Shown piece after piece: positions 38,093 to 51,722 of a DNA stretch of 64,000 nucleotides. The first letter of the stretch is position 1. The number at the start of each line of letters is the position of its first letter. The position numbers and the translations under genes were made by a program. A model generated the notes under the pieces. It ran no database searches, was not told the origin of the DNA, and saw only the letters and a list, made by a program, of their open reading frames with translations. Source of the stretch: Octopus sinensis (taxonomy: Eukaryota); NCBI RefSeq assembly GCF_006345805.1, contig NC_042997.1, forward strand, positions 25,792,001 through 25,856,000, given 5' to 3'.

Positions 38093-38329
38093 TTTTTTTG
38101 TTGTTCTTTTCTCAACGCTAATTGAATGATTGTTTTTTTTTTCTCTTTGACTATTTTTGTTATTATATCTCATCTACAATCTTTTTACCACCACAAACAT
38201 CATCAACATTCCTACCTACTACTACTACTACTACTACAATTATATTTTGTTTTGTTTTTCCTTTTCCTACTCTTACCGCTATTACCACTAATACTGCTGC
38301 TTCTGCTGCTTCGGCTGTTGCTGCTGCTG

Positions 38330-38362
<33 letters not shown>

Positions 38363-38365
38363 ATA

Positions 38366-38403
<38 letters not shown>

Positions 38404-38498
38404 GATGATGATAATAATAATAAAAAATAATAATATTAATAATAATAACAACAATAATAATACATCTGTGGTTACACATATGTTTATTGCATTCATCG

Positions 38499-38579
<81 letters not shown>

Positions 38580-39116
38580 CTTCCATCATCATCAGCTCAT
38601 TATTTATATCATTATCGTCAATATTTCGATGATTTATCATATGAGTGAAGGGACATTTGAAATGTGATTTTTTTTTTCTTTTCACCCCGTTACCTTCTTT
38701 CTATAGTCTACAACATTAATTAAATGATAAAAGTTCTATTTCCTTTCACGTACATTTCTTTGCAATATCTGGCAATGTTATGTGTTTTATGCCAGTTTCT
38801 TTATTTTCTTTACAATGTATCTGTTGTGTCTTTTTGTGTTATTGTGGTTGTTGCTAGTCCTGTTACTGTTTTTTTTGTTGTTCTTTTCTCAACGCTAATT
38901 GAATGATTGTTTTTTTTTCTCTTTGACTATTTTTGTTATTATATCTCATCTACAATCTTTTTACCACCACAAACATCATCACATTCCTACCTACTACTAC
39001 TACTACTACTACTACACTTATATTTTGTTTTGTTTTTCCTTTTCCTACTCTTACCGCTATTACCACTAATACTGCTGCTTCTGCTGCTTCGGCTGTTGCT
39101 GCTGCTGCTACTGCTG

Positions 39117-39149
<33 letters not shown>

Positions 39150-39152
39150 ATA

Positions 39153-39190
<38 letters not shown>

Positions 39191-39879
39191 GATGATGATA
39201 ATAATAATAAAAAATAATAATATTAATAATAATAACAACAATAATAATACATCTGTGGTTACACATATGTTTATTGCATTCATCGTCATCATCATCATTA
39301 TCATCATCCTCATGATCATGATCACCATCATCATCATCATCACTTCCATCATCATCAGCTCATTATTTATATCATTATCGTCAATATTTCGATGATTTAT
39401 CATATGAGTGAAGGGACATTTGAAATGTGATTTTTTTTTTCTTTTCACCCCGTTACCTTCTTTCTATAGTCTACAACATTAATTAAATGATAAAAGTTCT
39501 ATTTCCTTTCACGTACATTTCTTTGCAATATCTGGCAATGTTATGTGTTTTATGCCAGTTTCTTTATTTTCTTTACAATGTATCTGTTGTGTCTTTTTGT
39601 GTTATTGTGGTTGTTGCTAGTCCTGTTACTGTTTTTTTTGTTGTTCTTTTCTCAACGCTAATTGAATGATTGTTTTTTTTTCTCTTTGACTATTTTTGTT
39701 ATTATATCTCATCTACAATCTTTTTACCACCACAAACATCATCACATTCCTACCTACTACTACTACTACTACTACTACACTTATATTTTGTTTTGTTTTT
39801 CCTTTTCCTACTCTTACCGCTATTACCACTAATACTGCTGCTTCTGCTGCTTCGGCTGTTGCTGCTGCTGCTACTGCTG

Positions 39880-39912
<33 letters not shown>

Positions 39913-39915
39913 ATA

Positions 39916-39953
<38 letters not shown>

Positions 39954-40405
39954 GATGATGATAATAATAATAAAAAATAATAATATTAATAATAATAACA
40001 ACAATAATAATACATCTGTGGTTACACATATGTTTATTGCATTCATCGTCATCATCATCATTATCATCATCCTCATGATCATGATCACCATCATCATCAT
40101 CATCACTTCCATCATCATCAGCTCATTATTTATATCATTATCGTCAATATTTCGATGATTTATCATATGAGTGAAGGGACATTTGAAATGTGATTTTTTT
40201 TTTCTTTTCACCCCGTTACCTTCTTTCTATAGTCTACAACATTAATTAAATGATAAAAGTTCTATTTCCTTTCACGTACATTTCTTTGCAATATCTGGCA
40301 ATGTTATGTGTTTTATGCCAGTTTCTTTATTTTCTTTACAATGTATCTGTTGTGTCTTTTTGTGTTATTGTGGTTGTTGCTAGTCCTGTTACTGTTTTTT
40401 TTGTT
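38093..40405. repeat. Tandem triplication, period 785/763 bp, each unit carrying a compound (ACT)(GCT)(AAT)(GAT)(CAT) microsatellite
   Basis: Repeated ORFs at 38122/38907/39670. Units 2 and 3 appear identical; unit 1 differs in repeat lengths and a few bases. Confidence 0.95.
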
Positions 40406-40779
40406 CTTTATTAGTATTGTAGAGAGATGTGTATTGTTGTAATTAAATGATATTGAGTTATGTCTATCAGAATCCTGGGTTCAAATCCTTACAAAATCTT
40501 TATTTCCATACAGACGAATTCATCCAATTTACGATGCTATTTGGGCCTATAATAAAGCAAACAGGATCTTTACATAGGCATTTTAATAGACTTGATAAAG
40601 TAAGCAACGGTATAATATTAATGTGGATTATATTAACTATTCTAACGTTTTTGAAACGCATTATTATATGTCTGATCAAATAGAATATCATTATGTCTAT
40701 TCTTTTTCACTCGAGATATTCTGTGACACCAAAGAATAGTAAATTAGGTTATAATTATTTGTATTTTGTTTTGGGTTTT

Positions 40780-42250
40780 TTTCTCATTTTATTCGTAGTA
40801 TTATACTCAGAATATCGGTTTTCTTTGGGAAATTATCATGAGAACGTTTCTTATGAATGGTTTTCTTGACAGTTTTCCATGTTTCCCAAATCCTTCGTCA
40901 AAAATGCAAATGCTATTAACATGACTGGGATGATTTTTTATGGCCGCACCACAGATTCTCGCATGTCAATCTCTCATTTCATTGTTGGGGAATTTTTCAA
41001 CCACATTTACTGCATAATGCTTACATTTGGATATTCTACGAGAAAACTTGTATAATATCTGGAACTTTTTTGTTTCATAATGATATCCAGTGGATACCCT
41101 CTTAATTCTTACCACTAATGCAGGGCTTTATTTCTTTATATTTCTTCCACTAAATGCAGATAACCCTATTTGGCTGTTAATATATTCTGGCACATTCACT
41201 GGGTGCCTTCAACTAGTATCCCCAACGCTGCCATCCATGTAACCTTCAGCTGGATATTCTAAAACAGTTTATAACTCTGGTAATATGCACTCAGCAGATT
41301 TTGTTCTTGAACCAATAATACAGCTTTCAATCTTCCATTTCATTTGGCGTTTATTGAACTCATGTACTGCTTTGAATTTATCTTGGAAAATTATCCTTGG
41401 TGGTATTTCACATCTCGTATTGTACTCAATTCATAGCTTAATATTTATTTCAATTATTTCTTTAATTCTTTAACCGGTGTGTTGTATCTGTCCTTTCTTT
41501 TAATTATACGCGTTTAGTTCTAAGCGTGTTTCCAGTCCTTGAGGATTCCGTGTGGGTGTAGTTCCTCTTTCTGCTAAATAATTCTGTACTACTTTGTTTG
41601 AAACCATTTCCTTTTCGTCATATTTAACTACTTAAGATTGTTGTGCATCCTGCTCTATTTACATCGACAATAATCACAGTTTCTAAGTCATCTCAAGTTT
41701 CACAAAATCACATGTTCCTCCATTATCCTTTAAAAAGTACATTTAATGTTGTCGGCTTTCGAGTGATGAAGTCGAAATATTGCCAGAAAGATACTTTGTC
41801 GTACGCCAAATTTTCATATCTTTTGTATATTCCATTTGACTGCATTCGGTAGTATTCACATTTGTTGATTTCCAGATATCATTGCATCTCATGTGTTCTT
41901 CACAATAATTTGCTGATTTTCTAGGCTTCACGCATAACTTAATATCATATACTCCTCCAATTATCTGTTGCCCCCTTTTCAACAGTTTAGAGCCAAATTT
42001 AATGGTGGTAAAAACCAGACCAGACAGATAAAATGTAAACAAATATCCTTGATATGAACTTTGCCAAAACTGTAACGCGTTGTATTTTAGAATAACATTT
42101 ATTTTCCATACTACCACGCTGCATTTTACGAATCGCAGTCACTGTTATAATTCATACACTCTCATTAACTCAAAGATCCACGAAAGTATTTCAACTCTCT
42201 ATGCCTTCTTTCCAAGCTCTCTAAGCTGTACCTACGTTCGCTTTCTGTAT
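40780..42250 (-). pseudogene. Heavily decayed APE-type LINE ORF2 remnant
   Basis: Fragmentary minus-strand peptides (QIIGGVY, basic linker, KK…DNFPKKTDILS) loosely resemble the endonuclease-to-RT region. Many stops. Confidence 0.35.
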
Positions 42251-42583
42251 GAGATTTACCAGAGTTATAAACTGTTTTAGAATACCCAGCTGAAGGTTGC
42301 ATGGATGGCAGCGTTGGGGATACTAGTTGAAGTCACCCAGTGGATATGCCAGAATATATTAACAGCCAAATAGGGTTATCTACATTTAGTGGAAGAAATA
42401 TAAAGAAATAAAGCCCTGCATTAGTGGTAAGAATTAAGAGGGTATCCACTGGATATCATTATGAAACAAAAAAGTTTCAGATATTATACAAGTTTTCTCG
42501 TAGAATATCCAAATGTAAGCATTATGCATGATAATTTCCCAAAGAAAACCGATATTCTGAGTATAATACTACGAATAAAATGA
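40785..42583. repeat. Inverted duplication: 40785-41283 mirrored at 42256-42583
   Basis: 41011-41283 is the reverse complement of 42256-42528 with few mismatches, and 40785-40840 of 42527-42583. The segment 40841-41010 is absent from the right arm. Confidence 0.92.
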
Positions 42584-44698
42584 AAAAAAAAAACTGCTTA
42601 GCAGTTGCTTCACTTTACAGTTTATTTCAGTCCATTACAAAAACATTTCTTTCTTTATGTAGATTATTCTGTTAAATTATTGATACATCACCAGAATTAG
42701 AACTGGTATTGAAGTGGCAGAAACATCTGTAAGTGGCAGATATGTAAAATATGTAAGTGGCAGAAACATCTGACTTGTGAGCATTTTACAGGTTCACCTG
42801 TTCCTGTGGATATTGATGCTAGAATTATTTGCCTCAGCCAGAGGGTCTAGTACATGGGATAGAAACCTGATGTTTCGCACATTGATATCTTTCTATAGTC
42901 GTTGTGCAATGGGATTAACACATTTTGTTCTATTACATGAGGCTTTTCTACTTCTCATATTATCGCGTTAAAGGGTTTCTAGCTTTGCTTTCAGTGGATT
43001 CTCTAGTTGTATTCGTTAGTTACATCATTTCTTGGAAAACTTTATACCTTATTTAAGTATTTCATTTGAATGAATTGTTTGATTTACTTTCCAAATCTGT
43101 ATTTTTCACCTTATAAGTTGAAATAATATTTTTCATCATTAATATATTTTTTATTATTAAAGATTTCTTTCGTCATGAGTGTTAAATATTCTATGTCACT
43201 TTGCTGTGTTTACTGTATTAGTTTTTTTTTTCCCAGTTTTGAGTCTCGATTATTCGAGTTATACGTTTTCTTTTGCGATTTATCTCTTGCTGAATAATTT
43301 TGTTTCGAAACAAGAACTGTTTTATTATTTTTTTCTAGCTATCTCATTTCGAAACACACTGCGCTAGATACTGCACACAATATGCGTATCATTATTTTTT
43401 GAGGTTATTGTATCTATTTCATTTATTTGCTTCGCAATTATTTAGTTAGAACTCTTTTTAAGTTGCGTGAAATCTTTTTGGTTCGCCTTTGGTTTTTATA
43501 ATTTTTATCTCTTCAAAATTATATTTAGCTTCGTTTATCGCATTTTTTAAAACTCACAGCATCTATTGAATTCCGATGACACGTTTCGTTTCTATCATTA
43601 TCACTTTGTAAGGTTAGATCTGCAGTTGTCTGTTTCTTGTTTACTGTTACTTCATCTCTTTGGGATATAAAGTATGTTGTGGTGCCTTTATATTCTGTTA
43701 TGCTCTATTGCGTGTGTATGTTCTGTTCTGTTCTATTATGAACAGTGAAATATTACTCTACTTTAGTATTTCTTTTAACATAATTTTCTGTGCAGCTAAT
43801 ATTATTCAATTGCTTTTCTGCATTTTTTTCTGTAATGATTTTTAGACGCTTGATTATTGTACGCTTTGCGTTTGCGGATTTGTAAATCAATTCCGTGATA
43901 TTACCAAAGAGTTTTATTCGGGAAGCAAACAGCTCTTTTACAATTTCTTGTTCATTTGTGTCTGACTGGTCTGTATTTGTATTTTAATGTTGAGTCTGCA
44001 TTACAAAGTAACATTGTGTCATGCTGTTTTTTACAAGTCTCGCTACATATGTGTGCCCGTCGTTATTTTTCGAATCTAAATATTTGGGGTATCCCGTTTG
44101 CAAAATACATGCTTAACAACATGCATATAATATGTATAACACTTAAATTAATATCGTACTATACTGAAAATTTTAAAACTTTCGAAATGATTAGATTTCA
44201 CAAGAGATAACAAAGAAATCTCTTTCCTGTTGCTTGACATGCAACAAAAAGTCACTGGATAACAAAAGACTCCTACTGGTCACACATATTGTTGTGGGTT
44301 GCAAACAATGAAAAGTAAATACAGAGGAATAGTAACAGCGGCACTCTGAAGAATGCTACTTTACTCCGCTTCGCTGAAGATATCTCCTGGTTGTACAGGC
44401 ATACTGGAGTAGGTTAGTCGTAGTTCGGACTGTCTCTTTCCACCCCCTGATTACATCATTACAAAGAGCAACAACAAAGATAATTGAAATTCCTCCTTAC
44501 AAATATCGTTTACATAAATAACATTGAATTGTAAGGAGCCCCTTAGATAATCAAAATCCAAGAGTTAATTTAAATAGGTTGAGTGAAGAATGAGATACCA
44601 TATAGCAGTTCAGGAAAGGTATATATCGTAACAAAGTACTGAAATATATTATCACGATCACAAACGCGTCAAAGAACCTGGTCCTCTTTGCAACATAC

Positions 44699-44857
44699 GT
44701 GGGATATTGGAGGTCAAGTATACTGCAGTCAAAAGCAAACACAGAGTGATTGGTTTGTAATGGTGCTGAACAGGTATGACAGGATCATCACAGTATCTAT
44801 CTTCAGGCGAACTGCAGGGACAAACCACAATGTCCTTTGCCGACAACATTTGTCGAT
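44699..44857 (-). CDS. Candidate 159-nt coding exon (phase 1-1)
   Basis: atatccttatcag| … CCAC|gtatgt; RQMLSAKDIVVCPCSSPEDRYCDDPVIPVQHHYKPITLCLLLTAVYLTSNIP; lies in a GC-richer unique block. Confidence 0.28.
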
Positions 44858-45940
44858 CTGATAAGGATATCTGACCAATTTTGCTTTAAGCGTGTGATAA
44901 AATTTCGCATTATATCGGAACTGGAGACTTATGCACCACATCTGCGGGAACACAAGCCTATTTTTCTAACCTACATTTGATGCTAGCACCGGTAGCGTAA
45001 ATAAAGTAAGAAGAATGATACATAATCATCATCATCGTTATCGTAGTCGTGGGTTTGTCGCCTGCAGCAACAAAAAACAACAACAAAAGCATCAATAACA
45101 ATAAGAACAAACAGCATAGCAAATATCTCAAGCAGAGCATATCATGCAGTATAATTGGTTCGACTGAATAGGTATACAAGCAGCATGACGACTGATTTGG
45201 AATATTGCAAACAGTCTAACCCATTATTATATGGAAAGCAGGGTTAAAATGATGATGATGGTGATGATGATGATGAGGAGGAGAAGGAGGATCATGGTGA
45301 TGACGATGATGGCGATGACGGTGATGATGATGATGATGATGATGATGTTGACGATGAGTAATATTCTTTGAAACAACATCTTTGTTTTACCAATTTGTCT
45401 TCCCCCATTGCATTTTGGCAAAATAAAGAAATGATTGTCAAGACTATTGAAAAGGTTGCAAGACGCAACGAAAATTTTAAGAAAACAAACATAAGAAATA
45501 AGTGGGAATTTTACCGGTGAGTGTGTTACATTATAAGGCACCAAAAGAAAATTACTCTCCCCAGACAAAACAGAATATGCTTCAACACACGGACACACAT
45601 AAAGAATCTTGCAAACCAAATCTAAAAACGAAAAGAAATGATTTCTCATATCGTTATTGTCAATATTATTTTGTGAAAAGCAAGACGAAATAATTTTTAG
45701 ATCAGATATCCAAATGCTTTGTCATTTACTACCTTCATTTTCTTATGCATTTTGAAATGTTCGTTTTGATTTTCCATTTGATACCAAACTAAACACTTCT
45801 ATACATTTTGGTTGTTATCTGTGGTTGCTATTTAACTTTCATTTTATCATTTTACCTATGTTTAACATTATATGAGAATTGGGACCTAGTTTCTTTGTTT
45901 ATAACCATCGAAGTTCTCTTTTCTTACGCTAACAGCCTTG

Positions 45941-45984
<44 letters not shown>

Positions 45985-45998
<14 letters not shown>

Positions 45999-46648
45999 AA
46001 TATATGTATAGATATATACATGCATATATATATATATATACACATTCATACGTATATGTATATATATATATATAAATATATATATTATATATATGTATGT
46101 GCGTGTATATGTTTGTGTGTCTGTGTTTGTCCTCTCCCCCAATAGCGCTTGTCGACCGATGCTGGTGTGTTTACGTCCACGTAACTTAGCGGTTCGGCAA
46201 AAGGGAACCGATAGAATAAGTCCTTGGGTCGATTTGCTCGACTAAATGTGGTGCTCCAGCATGGCTACAGTCACACGTCTGAAACAAATAAAAAAGCAAA
46301 GAGAGTAGAATACATATATATATATATATTATATATATAAATATATGTATAGATATATACATGCATATATATATATATATACACATTCATACGTATATGT
46401 ATATATATATATAAATATATATATTATATATATGTATGTGCGTGTATATGTTTGTGTGTCTGTGTTTGTCCTCTCCATCAATAGCGCTTGTCGACCGATG
46501 CTGGTGTGTTTACGTCCACGTAACTTAGCGGTTCGGCAAAAGAGAACCGATAGAATAGGTCCTTGGGTCGATTTGCTCGACTAAATGTGGTGCTCCAGCA
46601 TGGCTACAGTCACACGTCTGAAACAAATAAAAAAGCAAAGAGAGTAGA

Positions 46649-46680
<32 letters not shown>
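45985..46680. repeat. Tandem duplication (~340 bp) of a TA tract plus SINE family C 3' half
   Basis: Two units differ by a few substitutions (ccccaatag/catcaatag, aaagggaacc/aaagagaacc, aataagtcc/aataggtcc). Confidence 0.92.
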
Positions 46681-46690
<10 letters not shown>

Positions 46691-47399
46691 GTATGTATGT
46701 AATAGGAAGTTAAGTGTGAACAATAGGTTATTTACTTGTACACATACACCCATATACACACATATATACATGTCACTGTTTATTTAGTTATTGCTTTTTA
46801 GAATATGTTTGTAATTTATTTTATTTTCGTTGCAATAAACACATTCCAAACACCGTACGCTCTTTACCAAAAAAAAAACTTAGTGCCATCGAGACTATCT
46901 AAAATGAACACAGCAACGACAATTCCACACAAGTCTCCTATCTGATTAAATATTGAATAACACTCCCTTTCTTCTTCACTCTTATCTCACCCACTCCTCA
47001 TCCCCCCTCTCTCTCTCTTTCTTTCTTTCTCGCTTTCTCTCACTCTTTTCTCTTCCCGTCGTCTGACTAGATCTTTCTCTCCTTCTGTCTGTCTTTCTAT
47101 TTCATTTGCGAGATCTCTTATTACATTTCAATCCCTTTCTTTCATATTTTAGTACTTTCCATGTTCTCTACATTTTTTTTTGTTTTTTGTTTTTGTTTTT
47201 TTGGTATGTTTTTATCAGCTTGTTTACTGTTGGCAACCATACCACGTGACTGTTAATCGGCACATTTCCGCTGTTATTTCCCTCCGTGATTAGTATCCCC
47301 AGGGCAGTAATGAAATTCCGGACCAGCTCGGTATACATTGGTTGAAATGGTAACGAGCAACAACACGACTTCTATTTTCAAACCCGCTTTCTCATCTTC

Positions 47400-47625
47400 T
47401 TTCTCCTCCTCCTCTGTTTGTCACTCGTTTCTCTCTCTCTCCCTTCCTCTCTCTCTCTCTCTCATTCTCTCTCTCTCCTCTCTCTCTCTCTCTTTCTCTC
47501 TCACTATTTCTCTATCTCATTCATCTCTATCTATTTATCTCGTTTTCTTTATTTTCCTTTGCCAGTTTCTTTCAGTATTTCTGTCTTTTTTCTCACTTCT
47601 CCCTTTCTCTCTCTGTATCTCTCGC

Positions 47626-47662
<37 letters not shown>

Positions 47663-47681
47663 ATATATATTAGATATATAT

Positions 47682-47772
<91 letters not shown>

Positions 47773-47779
47773 GTATATA

Positions 47780-47874
<95 letters not shown>

Positions 47875-47890
47875 GTATATATATATATGA

Positions 47891-47931
<41 letters not shown>

Positions 47932-48038
47932 GTATATATATATATGTATATATATATGTATATATATATATGTATATATAATGTATATATATATATATGT
48001 ATCTATGTATATATATACATACATATACATATATATAT

Positions 48039-48082
<44 letters not shown>

Positions 48083-48195
48083 CATACATATATATATATA
48101 TACATACATACATATCTATATATATATATATATACATACATACATACTATATATTCATACATACATACGTAATATATATATATATATACAGCGAA

Positions 48196-48229
<34 letters not shown>

Positions 48230-48245
48230 ATATACAGCGAGATAT
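47400..48245. repeat. (CT)n tract followed by ~600-bp (TA)n/(TATG)n microsatellite
   Basis: Seen directly. Confidence 0.97.
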
Positions 48246-49616
48246 ATATATATATACCCATCTGTATCTTTTTCTCTCCAATCATTATTTCTTCGATTTT
48301 TTCGGTTGCTCCACTCCTGCATTTACATTCTTATTCTCTCCTTCTTCTGTTTTTCCAGTTATTCCTTTCCTTTCTTTTATCCTCTCTAATTCATTCTCCT
48401 CACTTTTGTCCAGAAGCTTCTAATCAAACAGCATGCTTCACAAGAGGGAAAAACACAATGTATAAGTGGTTTTGTGTGCATATATGCATGTTATTTTGTT
48501 AGCACATGAGGTATTTACAATATGCGTTTCAATGTTCATTTTTATTTTTACTTTTTTTTATTACTGCTTTACATTTCTTTATATGGGATTATAAACGTGT
48601 GCGAAAACTTGTTTAAATGTTTAAATATATCTGCATGTGTTTTAGTGTTCATGTGTGTTTATATACGTTTATGGGTGTTTTACAGCGCACGTGTACGCTT
48701 ACGTGTGTCTTGGCATGCGTGTGTTTTGAAGTAAACTTGTTTGACTAAACACGGGTGTCATTGTGCTGATAAATTGCGGAGTTATGTGCATGCGTGTCAA
48801 ATCGCGGAGCGACACAGTATCGCGTATGTGTATTTGCGTGATGGGATGTGTAAGGGTGTATGAATGGGTATATCTGTGTTTGGTTATGTGTATTCTATTT
48901 GTGTTATGAATGTATAAACTTGTCACTATAATTAAGAGCTTGAAAGTAGACACGCTTTTCTCTACCTTTCTACTTTTGCAGATTTCTTCTCACGCTGTTC
49001 TCCATATCTCTCTCTTCTATCTGTATTTGTTATTTGCACATTTCTCCCCCACCCCTACCTTCTCATTTCTCAATGGATGTGAATATGCTTTTGTTCTTGT
49101 CTGTTGCCTGCGTATATAGCACAAACGCGAATGTTTGCTAGCATGAATGGTGTGATACGGTGGGTGGTATGTTTAGGAGAGAAAGAATAAGATAGAAATA
49201 TATAGACAGCTAGAAAGAGTTGAACGAACAGCGAATGAGAGGCACAGCGAGGGAAGAAAAGAAGGAAAGAAATGAAGTATTGGAAAAGACATCCAAGTTA
49301 TTTCCTTGCATATGTACCGGAAATAGAAAACGTAATGGCGTTGTATGCGATTGGCAATGTCTATCAAAACCCATATTCGCTTTTTCTATTTCCCTTCTCC
49401 CTCCCATAATCTCTATTTTACAATAAGTTCCAGCAGGGAAATTGTCTTTCGTTCAGAATAAATACCTTAACACAGTTATGAGAACAAAATGTGCTCGCTT
49501 GTTGCATTTGAGAAATACAAATATAAACTAAATATACTTATATATGTGCCTGTGTGTATTCATGAATGTATGCATTACAAATACATACATGCATACATAC
49601 ATACATTTACACACAC

Positions 49617-49658
<42 letters not shown>

Positions 49659-49810
49659 GGTATATGCACAAATTTCAATATAAATGTGCATATATATATG
49701 CATCTATACATATGTGTGCATATATATTAGTATATATATATATATATAGGTATATGCACAAATTTCAATATAAATGTATATATGTATACGCACCTATAAA
49801 AATGTGTGCA

Positions 49811-49879
<69 letters not shown>

Positions 49880-50479
49880 CATCATGCATAAATACACATA
49901 TATAATATATATATATATACATATATATATATATTTGGTTATAAACATATACGCCTATATAAATATATATATGCATAATTTATATACATACATGTATATA
50001 AAAAAAAATGCCACTGTCTTTAAGCACCCATACAACAATATTAGTTCACTAAAGGGTAGAGCTGACATTACATGAGATGTTTCCAGAAACTCATTTACTT
50101 TTCATTGTATAAAGAGAAAGAAAAACTAATATATAGGAGAATGTGAGAATGTCACTTCAAGAAATTTAGCTGTCCTCGTTCTTACATTCCCATTGTATGA
50201 CATATTTGTTGCATTACATGTAAGATTTGATCGTGTACATCAGTTTTCAGATTCCAGAAAACATATTCATAACCTTTTTGGCTGTATACTTCATACAATA
50301 AAGATGCATGCCCTAGGATATTAATTACTGAACAAGTTTCATGTATGTATGTATAGAACTGTTACGGCATATTATATTTGTATGTGTATGTGTGTGTGTA
50401 CGTGCGAGTACATGTAAATATTTATATATAATAGCCATCATATATGCATTGTTCATATGTGTGCGTGTTTGTGTGTAAA

Positions 50480-50565
50480 CACAGACAGGCAGACAGGCAG
50501 ACAGACAGACAGATAGATAGATAGACTGATATATATATATATATTAGATAGATAGATAGATAGAT

Positions 50566-50613
<48 letters not shown>

Positions 50614-50660
50614 GGATGGATGGATGGATGCATAGACAGACAGACAGACCTGCCTGCATA
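50480..50660. repeat. Compound tetranucleotide microsatellite (GACA/GATA/GATG)n
   Basis: Seen directly. Confidence 0.95.
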
Positions 50661-51301
50661 TGTACTTGGGTGTGTTCATTTATGTGTATATAAACATGTA
50701 TTTAAATATCATTCTAAATATTCTACGAAATATTCTATTAATCTTTACATCTGAGTCAAATGAATTCATGTTTCCTCTATCTTCATAACGAATCGTTTCA
50801 AACAACCATGACTATGAGTGGACATGACAAAAAGGAAATTTATTTTACACCTAGAAAATTTGTTAATCTATTAAAGAGACTACAGAGAAGTCAACCTAGT
50901 TTTTTTTCCAAAATTTCCATGAACGATGAACATGAATTTCTGTTCGTATACGCAAAAAATAGTCAGTATGAGATGATATAAGATAGTTTCAATTCTCCCC
51001 CATTGCATTTCACCCATTGCATTTCAAGGTGGTGCTCCAGCATGGCCATAGTCAAATGACTGAAATAAGCAAAAGAATAAAAGAATTGCAAATGTACTTT
51101 GATTATGTTTATATTATGCACGTGTAGTTCATATTAATGTAGTAAAAATTTGGGATGAGTGGGATTCGGTTACGATTTCCTGCAGGAAGAATTGACATGT
51201 AGATGTTCGCATTTTCTCTCTTAATATAGAAAGCTGTTCTCTGTGACAAGACTGAAAATGATTTCAAAGAATTCTCACAGCCACTCCTGCGCCTATATAT
51301 A

Positions 51302-51722
51302 GGCGCAGGAGTGGCTATGTGGTAAGTAGCTTCTTTACCAACCACATGGTTCCGGGTTCAGTCCCACTAGATGGCACCTTCGGCAAGTGTCTTCTACTAT
51401 AGCCTCGGACCGACCAAATCCTTGTGAGTGGATTTGGTAGAGGGAAACAGAAAGAAGCCCGTCGTATATATGTATATATGTACGTGCATGTAAATGTTTG
51501 TTTGTTTGTGCATGTATATGTTTGTCCCACCAACATCGCATGACAACCGATGCTGGTGTGTTTACGTCCCCGTAACTTAGCGGTTCGGCCTCAGTGACCG
51601 ATAGAATAAGTACCAGGCTTACAAAGAATAAGTTTTGGGGCCGCTTTGCTTGACTAAAGGCGGTGCTTCAGCATGGCCCCAGTTAAATGACTGAAACAAG
51701 TAAAAGAGTAAAAGAGCAAAAG
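51302..51722 (+). mobile_element. SINE family C, full length
   Basis: tRNA-like head (TGGCTATGTGG…GGTTCAGTCCC), CORE-like ggcaccttcggcaagtgtcttc, internal TA/TG tract, and 3' tail ggcggtgcttcagcatggccccagttaaatgactgaaac followed by (gagtaaaa)n. Confidence 0.9.

Noticed and set aside
38122-40211. Poly-L/I/M/S/T/N ORFs of 94-168 aa
   Set aside because: Trinucleotide arrays are open in several frames on both strands.
40785-42583. Interpretation as a DNA transposon with long TIRs or a Penelope with inverted pLTRs
   Set aside because: No TSD is visible, and the left arm appears continuous with the LINE-like spacer, which favours a local inverted duplication.
42770-44200. Possible additional decayed LINE on the minus strand
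   Set aside because: Only faint motif resemblance (AINEAKYNFEEI…KGEPKRF), which is insufficient to call.
47593-48389. Long Y/I/M-rich ORFs (up to 230 aa) here and at 2912-3385, 12529-12974, 49544-50075, 52780-53042
   Set aside because: These are translations of TA/TG microsatellites, not genes.
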